Shown here in pieces: positions 13,001-26,200 of a DNA stretch of 64,000 nucleotides. A program made the position numbers and the translations under genes. A model generated the notes under the pieces. The model saw only the letters and a program-made list of their open reading frames with translations. It was not told the DNA's origin and searched no databases. The stretch's first letter is position 1. Each line of letters starts with the position of its first letter. The DNA is from Camelus ferus (Eukaryota), in NCBI RefSeq assembly GCF_009834535.1, contig NC_045698.1, positions 5,706,001-5,770,000 on the forward strand. Reading direction: 5' to 3'.

Positions 13001-14039
13001 GATCATTTTATGCTTTAAGCAGTCAGCCCTCTGTTGTATATGTGTGCCAGATTTCACAGAGCAAATCCCTCCCGGTCCCTTGTACAGGGTGCGTTTTGTG
13101 TGACTGCAGAACTTTGAGGGCTGAATAGAAGAAGGAGACCGGTGAAGTCGGCATTCAGCTCACATATTTTAAAATCATTCCCCTGTGTCTGGAAACCTAG
13201 CCTGCCTTCAAATATGTCTGAAATTCCTCAGTCCATGGTCCCTCTGTTTTGTCTTTTAAAGGCACAGAGCTCCCTTATCTTGCCGTGACTGAGAAGGGCA
13301 GCCTCTCTAGGCACAGATTTAGAGGGCGGTTTCGGTATCCAGGCATCCATCTGCTTCTCAAACAGCTTTCAATTCACCTTCCGTATCTGAGTCCCGTAGC
13401 ACAGTCAGTGTTTAATTAGGGGAGCAGAAACACTATGAGTTTTGAGATAAGGTATTTATTGCAGAAATCAGCTCAGACACAACTATGAGATCAGCTGGAG
13501 ACGTGAAGGTTTATAAAGGCAAGTTGGAGCATTAGAGGAGAGAGCCACCAGCCAGTTAGAGAAGCCAGGCTCAGGCAGCCTGAGGCTGGGCTGCGAAGAA
13601 GTCCGTGCCAGGCCATGCCGGAGGTCTGTGCACCCTCAGAAATACCCGCGCAGCCCCGACATTCGGGGGGTGTCCTGGCGTTGGCAGCCAGGTCTCGGTG
13701 TTAACGTGCCGGCCTGGCCCACAGTGAGGCTTGGATGTTCTGCAGGACGTGGACAATTTCACAGAACATCAGCATGAGACGAGGCCACTCTGCGGCTGAT
13801 AGATCAATACAAAAAAAAAAAAAAAAAATTAAGACCATTTTGTGATCATGTCTAAACACAGAATGTCATTAGAACTGCGAAGTCCCGGCGTCGCCCTCCC
13901 CCAGCCGTGTGCGCAGCAGCTTGTTCTTCACCAGTGACAGCTTCAGTTTCACTTCAGTCTTCCCTCCTTCAGATGAGATTTATTAAGATACTGATCATAG
14001 AATTCTTCTCACTTTCGGACTGTTTCCAATAGAGAGCAG

Positions 14040-14243
14040 AGCCCCACTTCACTAAAATCTCCCCCAGATCACCAGCCAAAGTCCAAATCCTATTATAGTT
14101 TCTTTCTAACACCTCATCCTGGGACCCCCTGTGGTTCCCACCGGTGTGTGTGCTCTGTCATTGTCACAATGACAAAAACTCAACCTGTTTGAGTACAGAT
14201 GTGCTCTTGGTGACCTCCAGCTGGAGGACACTGACGGCTCACA
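14040..14243 (+). mobile_element. ERV1 LTR 3' fragment (MER110/MER90-like)
   Basis: 'ccaaatcctattatagtttctttctaacacc..caacctgtttgagtacagatgtgctcttggtgacctccagctggaggacactgac'. Confidence 0.55.
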
Positions 14244-14899
14244 GCCGAGCATGTGGTGATGCGCTGGGCCCACTGGGCTCGGTGGGGTCAAGGGTCAGGA
14301 AGAAGATCCAGATGGAAACAGAGAGTGTGCGGCACAGGCTGGAACCTCTCCTTCCAGGAACTCTGGTAACTGTCTCTCAACCACCTCAGCCTTTGGGGCG
14401 GCTGCTTGACAGTCACCTCCCCAAATCTCAGGACAGCCTCTCTTTTGGTTGCTTACTTACTCACTCAGCACCAGATGTGGAAGTTCCAGCTTGACCAAGT
14501 CAAATGAGCACACCCACGGTCACCCTTTCCCGCTGCTTCCAGAGGAAGCTGACTCCTGCTTTGTTCCAGAAACCCTCTGTGTTCCCTCTGCAGCGCTGGC
14601 TTGGTTTCCTTGTGTTTTTAAGCCAGTCTTCCTTTGACCAGTTTATGCTGTAGGTTCCTCCTGTTTGGTGGTTTGTTTTGTCTTCCATTTTCACTCTTTT
14701 TCATGTGTTATTTGTTATTATTGCTTTTAACCTTTCAACTGGAAGTGGCAGTGGGTACTGGGGTAGGGGGAAATCACACGTGTTTTCAATCCAACATCTT
14801 CATTCAAACATCAGGCCCTTTGTTCACCTGTACGGGCGGTGGAGACCTCTAGATACCAACTGGGTGTTGGTGCTCCCTGGTCCGTTGTGAGGAGCTCCC

Positions 14900-15283
14900 C
14901 TGAGTGATCCAGCTAGGGACCCCATTTACCAGCCCCACAACAGCAAGTGTGGCCACATGAGCAGCTCTTGCCGCTACCATGTGGGAGGAAGTGATGTGTG
15001 TTACTTTTGGGCAGGAGTGTTTATGAAATGACTCTGCCCTCTCTACTCTTTCTTTCCCCTTTTTTTTCAGCTGGAAATTGAGGAAACAGAGACTCTATGG
15101 ATGGCTACTTCAAAGACGGTAAACCGGGTCCCTGCACCACCCAGTGGTCGATCAGAAATACATCCAACAAATGGCTGTGTAATGGAGAACAGCACACTTT
15201 TACTGTGTTAACCCACCAAAATCAGAGGTTTATGCCAGTTGAGCTATTCCAAGTGTGTTACTAGTGTTCCTCTAACTAATAAT
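14900..15283 (+). mobile_element. MaLR LTR (old MLT1 subfamily)
   Basis: 'gtggccacatgag..ggaagtgatgtgtgttacttt', 'cttttactgtgttaacccac', terminal 'ctaactaata'. Confidence 0.65.
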
Positions 15284-15493
15284 ATGAGTATGCTATTCCC
15301 TTTTGAAAGAAATATTTCAATCAACATTCAGTCTTTGCTTTAACTGACAAAATTAGGATTGTTGGTTTTGCTTTAGCATCACCACAAAGGCAAAGTTAAC
15401 AGCACATGCCCTGTGGGAAGGGGGCAGAGTCCTGACATGTGATAAAGCTTCTCAAGTCTGCTGACCCTCTAAGCATCGACTAATTCTCTGAGT

Positions 15494-15691
15494 CAGGAGT
15501 AAGGAAATTTTTCTGTAAAAGAGAAGAGAGTAAATACTTTCAGCTTTGTGGCCCACATAGATCTCTGTTGCATACTCTTTTGTTTTTTCAACAACCCTTT
15601 AAAAATGTAAAAACTATTCTTAGCTCATAAGCTGAATAATAACAGACCTTAGACAGGGTCTGGCCCATGGGCCCAGGTTAACCAATGTCTG
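15494..15691 (+). mobile_element. MER58 (hAT-Charlie MITE)
   Basis: CAG...CTG termini, 'ttttctgtaaaagag..taaatactttcagctttgtggcccacatag'; 8-bp TSD ctctgagt/ctctaagt. Confidence 0.85.
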
Positions 15692-15699
15692 CTCTAAGT

Positions 15700-16195
15700 G
15701 GCTGGAGGATATAAGCTTGAAGGAGGATTTACTGGTCAGTAAGACCCCTTGAGGGACCATGAATGGATGCATCCACTGTAAGACTATGAAATCCTTTAAG
15801 ACAGTTGGAAAAGACACAACCACTGGTTGACACACAAGCTGGACCTTGGCAGTTAGAGGCTCCTCCCTCTCTCCCCATCCTTGGAATGTACATTCTTCCC
15901 ACTGTTCCTAGAGTGGGAGCCATTTTCAAGGATGCAACATTGTGAGAGCTGTGTGTTGGTGAGACCACATGGATGACACGCTTGACTGAACCCAGTTAAG
16001 TCCTCTATCTAAGCTCTTAAGATTCTCATGGGCAGGGTCAGAGATCTACCCATCTTGTGGCTGCTAAAGACAAGCCTCCTTTGTAAGTCCCTTGCTTATT
16101 AAATATGCCTTTTGTTTCCATCTCTCTTTGCCCTCCGTGTACAGGGGCCAGTTTCAGATTTCACCCGGGGAAACTCCTGAGTTTGCAAATCAACA
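15700..16195 (+). mobile_element. ERV1-class solo LTR (family unresolved)
   Basis: LTR-like composition, 'cttgcttattaaa' poly(A) signal, ends '...tttgcaaatcaaca'. The 5' boundary is uncertain. Confidence 0.6.
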
Positions 16196-19100
16196 AAGGC
16201 AAGAATCATGCTTTATGCCTTAATCTTAACCACTGTTTCACCTAAGGTAGGACTTTAACTTCATTCAATTTTGACCTTTCTCTCACTGTGTGCAAAGCTC
16301 TGTGTTAGGCACTCTAGACTTGAGTATAAAATAGATGCCTTTCTCCAAAATAAAATTGGGTTGAATTGAAATAAAATTTAGCTTGAATTATACTGGCAAA
16401 ATTGCAATCATAACTCCAGAACAGAGTACTAATCATTTCATAATACACAGCTCTGTCAGGGGACTCTTTCTAGTAGCAATAGCCTTTGCTATCACTGAAT
16501 GTCTGTGTCACTCTCAACTGTCAATGTTTAAATGTCAATGAGAAAAAGTAGTCCTTTTTACTTTGACTTGATGCTGATGGAAACCGAGTAAAAATATTTG
16601 TAAATTGTATGTGATGCCTCTATCTCAATAGAAATAAAAAGCAATGTCAGTTCTGTCTGATGAGATAACGGCGATCTTACCTAGGGATTTGTTATCATAG
16701 GACATTTTTATTTCCCCCAACTCATCCTAAGACATATTTGTAATTATTCTGCACAAAAAAATCCCTTCACAAAGGTCAGAGGTTGGGCAAGTCTGGGCTT
16801 CCAGAGAAAGTTGAGGGGGAAGTAGCAGGAAGAACCACGGCTTCCTTGTTCTCTGGAGTTGATTAAGTTCTTTGCACCTGATGTGTGAATATCCCTGCCA
16901 GGATGAACATGTTGGAATTCCATCCTATGAGCCAAACCATAGACATCTGGTGTGTGCCTTGCTGAAATGTGTAACACAAAAAGCCGCCTTGAAAATGCAA
17001 TCAGTACTCAGGCCAACATCCTTCAGTTGGTTTAACAATTGGGAACCCGAAGAACTCATGTGGAGTTGTGATACCATAGTGGATTCTGAGTCTGTATGAT
17101 GAATGAATGAATGAATCCCTAGCAGATGTGTTTGCTGCACTAAAATGTGTATGTTCTTTTTCTATTTTAATCTCTGTGTCAGGTTTTTCAGCTCTGGCTC
17201 TGGGAGCAGCTGCCTTTGAATTGCTACATCTTCCCCTAAGGCATTTACCCCCCTGTAGAAGTACCTCCACTAAATTGAAACCAAATTTTAACTTGAATAA
17301 ATACAATTGGATAGATCCACTGTGGAAACAAAATGATCATAGCAGAGAAACCCAGTGTAATGAAATCAGCAGCAGCATCGTAACTTATCTGTCATCCAGG
17401 ACTCTAAATGATAACAGAATAGGTCCAGAGCGCACACCGCCGAGCCCTGTGAGAATGAAGACCTGTCTCTGGAATTGGACTTTTATGTGTCTGCTGTGTC
17501 CGTGATGCTCATCTTTTGATTCGGAATTTTCCTTTCTAACTTCTGTAGCTGGTTCTCGTAGGACTGATTTCTCATCGACTGCACAGCAGTGGGATCGGGT
17601 TCTCTTCATCCTGCTGGGGTACCTGAGATTATTATCAGCATGTGGAAGAAAACATCCTGTGTTCGGAAACAGACTCTTAACAAACCTGACAGCTTCTACC
17701 CAGAGACCCTCTTACTACAAGCAAAGGAATTTTTTTTAGAGAGACATCTCGCTTACGAAGGGTTCCGATATCATAGTTAATAATCACAAGACTGATTGGC
17801 ACTAGCTTTAGGAGGATTCTACGCATACAATCCACCAACACTTAAAGATGCTGCTGTTACGGAAATGTACGCTAAATTATCACATTTCAAATGACAATTG
17901 AATACCCATTTTTATAGGATAAATTATTTTAGACAAATAGCTAATGCAATCTTTTAAGCCTCATCAGCTGAAACATAATGTAAATGTATTTATTTTGAGT
18001 GAAAAATATGGCCTACATACCAGATAAGTATAGACAAATACATTCAAATATATCAAGTGGCTAAGTTCAAATAAATAAATCTATAAAGAGACAGCAGCTA
18101 AAATGTATCACCTTTTGTCTTCAGCCGGATATTCTTTCTGATTTTCCTTAGTATGTAGATGACACACAGTGTTCTGAGGTATCCAGATCCAGGTTCCAAC
18201 CTGAGCCATCTTTTGGGCCATCTCCAGCCTATTTTATGCAATTTTGATAATTCTCTTTTTTCCCTCCGTTTCATAGCCACAACTCTTTTTAGGTTATCAT
18301 ACTCACTCACACACACATTATCACTGGAGCCGCTTCAGCAGTGTTCACCCTCCAGGTCTACGCAGCCGAAATGGACACGGCATGTGCCACAGACGAACTT
18401 CCTCCACGTGGACAATGTCAGTCTCCTAATCCCAAACCTTAACGTGTGTCCACAAACATCTTCGGAAAGTTGCCTAATTGCAAACACCATCCTTCTCAGG
18501 CACAATAGACGGGCCACACAAGGTGCTTGCTGTTTATGTCTCCCCTCTCCTGCCAAGCCTGGGGGTCCCCAACTTGTCCCCACACTCTTAAGTTTCTCCT
18601 TACACAGAGATCTGTGCACTTACCATGGTCCAGTCCTCCCTCCCGCCACGGTAGTCAAACAAAGATGCTCTGCCTTGGAGAGAGGCTGACCATGCCAACT
18701 AGGGGATGAAAATTGGTGGGGAACCAGACCCATTCTTTGTATGTGCATAGCGCTGGTATAGAGACAACGCAGAGAGCGTACCTGCATGTGTATGGGGAAG
18801 GGGGATGATTAGAGGAAAACAGTGCCTGAAATATATTTTTAGGTGGATTATAGGAAAACAAGACCAGCGTTTTCTGATTCCAATGAGGCTAACGAGTCTG
18901 GGCTTCCATAACCGGTTGCTCTCTGAGCACCGCGGCATCGTGGCCAGCAAGGCCCACTCAGAACTGAGACAGTTAAATCGTTTCCAGCTGCTGTGTGCCA
19001 GCCGTTGACAGGGAAAAATGATCCTCTGGTATCACTACATTATACATCAGAATGGCCAACAGTTTCTTTTAAAATTTCTCTTGGTATTGGCTAGAAAGAT

Positions 19101-19254
19101 TGAAATGAAATGCTCTCATCAAAATGAGTGATAATTTCCAAGTATCCTAAGTTCTTCTTTCCCTCTATTCTTCATAATAGGAAGAAATATCAATTAATGA
19201 ATAACTCATGGGGTAACTCATAAATAAAGGAATAATTATCTAGTAGTAATTGTA

Positions 19255-19497
19255 GCTACTGTTTAAAAATCAGTTATGGCTCTGTCATCAGGCTGACATT
19301 CTTAATTCCGTTTTTTTTTCCTTTTGACCTACAAAAAAATAGGTGTGTAGTACTGTCAATGTTTTGCAGTTGAAGAAACTAAACCTTGGAAAAGCCAAGT
19401 GATTTATCAAGGGTCAGAGAGTTAGGGTGTGAAAGTTAAGATTCACACTGTGGTTGGTCTCTTTGATTCGAAATCCTATAATCTTGTCCACTACTGT
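19255..19497 (-). mobile_element. MIR SINE
   Basis: Reverse MIR core 'gttttgcagttgaagaaactaaaccttggaaaagccaagtgatttatcaagggtcagagag'. Confidence 0.65.
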
Positions 19498-19899
19498 GCC
19501 AGAAAGATAACCCATTAAAATCCACTTTAAACAAGGTCTGGCAATTGATACTCTATGTTAAGTGCATCCCTGAGGAACTGGACTTGGGACCAAGAAGTAC
19601 GGGGCAGGGAGAACTTCCAAGAGGGGGTACTCCCCATAAGGACAGGAGGTCAAAGTCGGGATCCCCGTGCAGGACAGTGTTTCTGCGCGGTCTGCAGCTG
19701 AAGGCAAGTTCTACGAACAAGCAGGGATTTGTTTTCAGGGGCTAAAATGTATACAAGCTACTCAGCCATGCACATCCAGAATGCCAAATATTTGTGTGTG
19801 AATGAATGATGCTTAGTTTAACAGGTAAGGATTCACCAAGCAGACGCTTTTTGTTAGCTCCCGTTAGCTCAGCGGACACTGGAAGGCCATCACCCCACT

Positions 19900-20120
19900 T
19901 CTGTGCTAGTGCTGTACACAAATGCGTGCAAAGTGGCCCGGGAGTGCACGGCCCAGCGCAGCCGCAAGAGGAGTCAGTGTGGTACTTGAGTCTCCCGCCG
20001 CGCGGCTTGGCTGCACTTGGCCGTCACCGCTGCCCGCGGCGCAACTGCGCAGCGCATCACGAGTGCTCCTGCGGCCCGTCTCTGCGCCGCGTGACGCGGT
20101 CCACGCACAGGGAGGGGCTG
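19900..20120. promoter_or_regulatory. Small CpG-dense patch (candidate promoter/enhancer)
   Basis: Dense CpG/GCGC run ('cccgccgcgcgg', 'gcccgcggcgcaactgcgcagcgca', 'gccgcgtgacgcgg') in non-repeat sequence with AT-rich flanks. Confidence 0.45.
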
Positions 20121-21769
20121 TGAGGAAGCTTTCAGGGTTAGGAACTGAGATGAAAAGAAACCTTGAGGAGTTTTTTGATTTCACAGGAACTTTGAGACTA
20201 AGATATCATGATAAATTGCTTTACCTCTTCATTTTGGTAGTGACTTGAGTTATGACCTTTTCTCAGGGTTGTTGCCCAGAAAAATCTACAAGTGTGACTG
20301 TAAATCTCTGTGTAATGCTCATGTACTGTTTAAATTACTGTTTCTCCTCTTTGGAATCCATAGAGGACCATTACACTTCTGATGGCTCAGGGATACTTGA
20401 AACACACTCAGGGCTTTGAATGACTCCGAGTCTATGGTCCTAATTTTGTTTTATTACTTTCAGGAGCCACAGAAGTGGCTACTTAAAAAATATACTTGTC
20501 TGAAGGACACATCTGGGACTTCTTGACAAAGAAAGAGGGAGGAAGCTGATGTTATTGCTACAAGAATGTTTATTCACAAGTTATTCTCCTCCATTTAATT
20601 GTATCTTCATCTTTTAATGTCAACATTTAGTATTAATGAATGAACACATTCATTAAATATGAGTAAACGATTGCATGTACTTTTCTGGGGCTTTGCTTAT
20701 ACCGTTATCGCCATTAAAATAAACTAGGTTGGTTTTCTAAAGGGTTAAGACCAAACTTCTGAAAAAATAAGCTGATTAAAATATACACACATGAATGTGA
20801 ACATGTTCTTTTATTCCTGAGTCCATTTTTTCCGCTCTTTTCAGATTAGCTGGGGGTAAATTAATTAAGTCTGCATCCTGCTGGGCAAAGTCCTTCCCTC
20901 ATTACTCTCTTTCTGCTTCCTCTCTTTCCTATTGACACTGATAGACCTCGAGACCGAAAATAGATGCTAATTATTTTCCACCTTTACCCCTCACTGTTCA
21001 AAGCAGTGAATGATGTTTTTACTGTGACATTAACACAGAGCTCATTAAAGCCACACAGAATGAAAGAACTCACGAGAAGAAAGATTTTGTTGAATTAAAG
21101 GCACAAATAGCACAAGGTACAAACAGGAAAACAAATATTACATAGAAAATGTTACCATTTTATTTTTCATTAACGCTGATGTGTATGACACAGAGGGTTG
21201 TACTTGTCCTGATGATTACGGGGGCATCTCTCCTCTGCCGCCTTTTCACAAATCAGCACCGCTAGTCATCGTCCAAATCTTGGCCTCATGTTTACTGTCC
21301 TACTTTCAAGAAAACTAACTTATCGGAGAAATTATGTGAAAAGTAGGTTCTGGATTCAGGGGGCACCTGTGTTGATGGGACTGTGAAGATCTGGGACTTT
21401 TGGATCATCTGTTACCTGAATGGTACCCAAGAACAGCCTTCTGCGTCCATGCTGAGAAGTTTGGGAGTGTCATCCTGTAATCACTGAATGAAAAATCAGT
21501 TCCCAAGGAAACAAATCCTCCTCATCTTGAAAAGAGAGAAAATATACAAAAATCAAAGCCAACTAATTACCAGCAATAGGTAAAAATGGCAATCATTTGA
21601 CTCGCAGAAATGTTTTGTGGTCTGAAACTACAACAAAACCATCTTGTCTACATGGTATTAACACGCAGGCTGCAAATTCTTTAGTGAATGTCCTGCACGG
21701 TCAACCTACCGTTATTTCTATAAGGGAATTTACAAAGCAATTTTGGATTTACTCCCAACCTCTCTATAG

Positions 21770-21926
21770 CACCCCATCCAGTAGAAAAGACAAGTATTTT
21801 ATTCCTTTTATAGATGAAGAAGCCTAGGCTCAGAAACCTTCAGTGATTGTACAAGGTCACAGTTCGTGAAGGACAGAACTGGAACCAGACCTTAGGTCTC
21901 CTGATGTCCACCCCGTGCTTTTTCTG
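21770..21926 (-). mobile_element. MIR SINE
   Basis: 'attcctttttatagatgaagaagcctaggctcaga..aaggtcacag' reverse MIR core. Confidence 0.7.
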
Positions 21927-21967
21927 ATGCTCAGTGATACAAATGCTTCGATGTACAATACAGTCAG

Positions 21968-22251
21968 TACGATGGTTAATTGCATGTGTTCACTTGATGG
22001 GGGCCATGGAGGGCCCAGATATTTGGTCAAACATTATTGTAGGTATTTCTGTGAAGGTGTTTTTTGCCTGAGATAAACATCTAAATTGGTAGATTGTGTA
22101 AAGAAGTCTCTTTCTGTCTCTGTCTCTGCCCAGCCCTCTCTGTCACTCTGTCTCACTGTCTGTCTCTACGCACACACACACAGACACACACACTCCCCCC
22201 GCACACACCCTGCTGGTTCTATTCCTTCTCTGGAGAGCTCTGACTAATACA
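21968..22251 (+). mobile_element. MLT2 (ERVL) solo LTR, internally deleted
   Basis: 'gatggttaattgcatgtgttcacttga..cccagatatttggtcaaacattatt', CT/CA tract, 'ggttctattccttctctggagagctctgactaataca'; 5-bp TSD gtcag/ggcag. Confidence 0.85.
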
Positions 22252-23329
22252 GGCAGCCTCTCTGAGTGAGCAAAATTCTAATTCGTAGGTAACATGAAAG
22301 TTTCATTTGGAGTTCTACAAAGCCCCAGACTAGGCGAACAAAGTTAACTGTGCAAATGTCTGGCTTGAATGCACACAGAAGGACCATGGATGCTTTTTGT
22401 AGGCCTCTGTTATTTGCAAAGAAACTGTATTACCTTCTAGTCCGGACCCTTCAACATTTTGGCGTGTACAACATCTACACTAATTTTGAAAACCTATCGA
22501 CCACTTGAACATTTTTACATTAACATCTAAAATTTGTTAATATACTTTCAAGTATCTGCAAAGAATATTTTTATTGTGTTATGTACTGTGTACGAGGGTT
22601 AAATCTATTTTCACCAAACTGCTGGACCTGAACGTTGACCTCATTCCTTAGAGGAAAGTGTCCACGAAGCCCCGCTTCTCACGTTTACCGAACCAGACGT
22701 ACATCTTTCCAGAAAGCAGTCTGAACCCAGGTTTTATTTCAAATAAACATGCTAATAGATATCTAAGCTACAGCTTTATCACTTCTGAGCTTTATTTTCA
22801 GGATAGATAGATAGACAGACAGACAGACTGGGCCTTAGCGTGCCTGGCCCAGGAAGGCTTGACCCTTCCATCTTTCGTACTGAAGTTTCTCTTCTTTGCT
22901 TTCATGAGGCTCTTTCTCAGAAGGGGAAATTATAGATCACACCTGGGTTGGTGCTGGAGATCTGCGCACTCACAGCCAGGCACCAGAGGCAGGTGGGATG
23001 AGTGGGAAGTCTGTCTTCCTTCTGTAGCATGACGGGGGCACTGCTGTGAAAGCAGAGGAGAGAAAAAGAAATGGCCCCCACAGGGTGGGTATCCAGGCAC
23101 ATGAAGCTCAGGGAGGAGCTCGTGGGGGAGGGTCTGGAAATTGACTCCCTTGAAGCTCAGTCATGCATCTGCTTCCCAAGAGCCTGCACCCCTGCAGGGG
23201 TTTGGCTAACCCACTGGGACAGCAGCTCTTCCGGGGCACTGTCAGCAAAGTGTGTGCTCCCCAAATCTGAGTGGTGTTCCACAAATTAAGGGTACCAGGC
23301 CCAGTAGCAGCAGTATGTTGCAAATAAGC

Positions 23330-26200
23330 AATGGAAAATTTTTGTTATATCATGGAGAACAAAGCAAATAAAGGTTTTTAAGATACTGATGCTAACCAAA
23401 AACCAAAAAGAGACAGTGCTGGGAATAAAACCGCAGGTCAATCTCTGCGATGCATGTCAATAACAAAAGTTAAAAGACAACAGTAAAAAGCCTCATGACC
23501 AAATTAAGTTTATGCCAGGGATTCAAGTTTAGTTTAACAATCAAAAATCAAAAAAATACAATTAGTAAATAATAGATTAAAGGAGAAATATGAGTATCTC
23601 ACTAGATAAAGAATTAGCATCTTGTAAAATGACACACCCATCTTGATAAAAATCTTTGCACCCTGGGGTACAAAGGAACATATAGTCCTTATACTATATA
23701 AACAATGTAAAAAGGGGAAGTTACCAAAATCATTTTATGAGATATTGCTATAATCTTGATAGTAAGAATAAAATAAAACAACAGGCCACTTTTATGTAAA
23801 AACACAAGTAAAAATCGTAAATAAAATATTAGAAAAACAAATCTAGAAATTCATGTAAAATAAAACATTATGATTAGTGAGGGTTTTCTCTAGAAACTAT
23901 GAAATATTTTAACACCTCAATGTTTAATGTTATTTTTCACATTAACTAATTAAATGAGAAAACATACATAATTATTTGAAAATATATAAAAGAATAAGGT
24001 CCAGCAGACATTCAAGATCGATACATTTCTTAACAAACTAAGACCAGTACAAAACTTCTTAAATTGTAACACTTTGACTACCAGAACCTGCCGTGAACAA
24101 TATTCATAGCATTAAAGCATTAAAATCATTCTCATTACAGTTAGCGCCATCCCCATTATTCCATGATGTACCTGAAGTTCTTAGCTGTTTGAAGGTTAGA
24201 AAAAAATATAGGTATAAATATATTGGTTAACTACAGAAAATATAATTGGTTGCACAGAAAATTTGAAAATGATGTATGGAATATTAAGATAAATAGATTT
24301 AAGTGGTGAATTCTGGTTGCATGATTAAAACAGAAAAATAAATAGTATTCCTAATCATCAGAAAGCCAAACTGAAAATAATTTTAAAACTAAACTCATTT
24401 AAAATAGTTACCGAACTCTTTAGTAAGAAGGGAGATACCAAGTTGTATAGGATCTTTATGGATAAAAATTATAAAGTTTTATAAAGTATTTGAAGACTTG
24501 AAAAAAATCTAGGGAGACACAGACCATTTCTATGGATGAAAGATTCAGTATTTTAATATGGTTAATTGTCTCCATATAAAATTGAATGAAACATTGAATA
24601 TACAAAATTATGTATAAAATTTATATAAAATTCATTCTATGAGAGATAATGAATATGCAAATTGAATGAAAAGCCAATTAAATCTTAAAAGAATTCTCCA
24701 CAGGACATAACATACTCTTTCTAAGATCCATGAAATGGGAAACTATATTCAATATAATTTTATAAAATAATAAGGAAAGCTTCTAGTTATCAAATAACAT
24801 TATAAAGCTTTATTATTAGAGAAAAAAAGAGTTTAGAAATATTCTATCTGTGATGAAAAGTTGGTATATGAGAGAAACTGCATCTTGAATTTGTGGATAA
24901 ATGAAGAAATACTTCATCGATGGTATTAGGTGAAACTACTATGTACACAGGACATGGTACCGTGAATGCAAAATACTGCAAAGCATATCAGTAAACAAAG
25001 AATGCTGAAGCCAGCAAGTCATCAGCGGCTGCCACCACCCCCCACAGTGAAGACAGGCAGGCAGCCCAGCCTGAGGGCACTCAGAATAAGAAAGGACTGG
25101 ACACTGGCCCTAGATGGCTAGGTGCTTGTCAAAGGAATGATTTCAGTGAGCCCAAATGTTTGCTTCCTCCCATAAAGAGAAAAGCACTAAATTCTTTAAC
25201 GTGAGATGCCTGGTTTTCTTTAGTTAACAAGTCATCTTTTAATGTTCCGACTACCTGATCTTTGTTGTAAAACTCCTGTATATCCCAGCTCCCCCTACCT
25301 CTTCGGAGCAGTCCCTCAGAGCCATCTGAGAGGCTGTCATCCCGGCTCGAGTCCTCCCGCTGAATAAAACATAACTCTCAACTTTTCAGGCTGTGCATTT
25401 ATCTCAGTCGACAGAACAAACACAGGAAAATTTAAACCAGGTCTAGATACTGCATACTATTTTCAAAATTAACTTCAGCTATATTAAAGTCCTGCATGCG
25501 GAAGTAAGTGTAACTTTTACTAGAAAACTAAGAAGATTATTTCTATAGTCACAAGTGAAGTCTATCTTAAATCATGACACAAAATGTACCATCCTAAAGG
25601 TAAATTTTGATAACGAGACTTCTAAAATTTAAATCCAGTAACTATGAAAAAAAAATGATAGCATTAGAGAGAAAATCACTGCCTGGGAGAAGATACTTAC
25701 CATATGAATACCAGTGTGTAGGGTCAGTACAAAGTACATACAAAGACTTTAACAATGAAAAAAGCAGCCCCCGTACAAGCAATTGATTTGCCAAAGGCAG
25801 TCATTAATTTCCACCAACAGGAACAAATGCCCATTCTCACAGAAATAAAATTAAGAAAGCGACCCATCAATGAGCTATCTCAGATTGAACATATTAGCAA
25901 AGGTAAAAAAATCTAATACACATTTTGGCAAAGACACAGAAAAAATAAATCTTATATATTTGTGAAAGAATCAGTAGCTAAAAAACAAATTTGGGAGCAA
26001 TTTGGCAATCGATCCCTAAAAACGATGCCATATTAAGTATTATTCCCAAATTCCATTTCTGGAACTCCATCCTTGAAGGGAAGGGAGGTGGGTTTAGATG
26101 ACGCAAACATGATGATTGTTGGGCAGGTTGTTAAATGCATGGAAGTTAGTGATGCATTATCTCTGCTACTGAGTGTTGTTATATTTTCATTTTAAAAGTG
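23330..26200 (+). mobile_element. Very old L1M(E) ORF2 fragments, split by an LTR insertion
   Basis: A-rich RT-region remnants ('catgaccaaattaagtttatgccagggattcaag', 'catttctatggatgaaagattcagtatt', 'gcctgggagaagatactt'). The RT segment seems to occur twice (23.4-23.7 and 23.7-24.1 kb). Confidence 0.7.
24961..25413 (+). mobile_element. ERV1 solo LTR, MER41/LTR39-like family (copy 2)
   Basis: Aligns end to end with 7154-7627; starts cgtgaa (TG->CG), ends gtcgaca; TSD gtac/gaac. Confidence 0.9.

Noticed and set aside
13405..13600. Possible ancient ERVL LTR fragments (also ~11050-11290, ~58960-59330, ~61200-61560)
   Set aside because: Too diverged to assign a family or boundaries by eye.
17520..17630. 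Strong plus-strand acceptor (ctaacttctgtag) as a coding exon start
   Set aside because: No good downstream donor and no recognisable peptide in any frame.
18159..18689. 176-aa plus-strand ORF
   Set aside because: No recognisable protein family or supporting gene structure.
7154..25413. One provirus bounded by the two same-strand LTRs
   Set aside because: Each LTR has its own TSD, I see no PBS or gag/pol/env between them, and the interval holds much older MIR, L1M and MLT elements.
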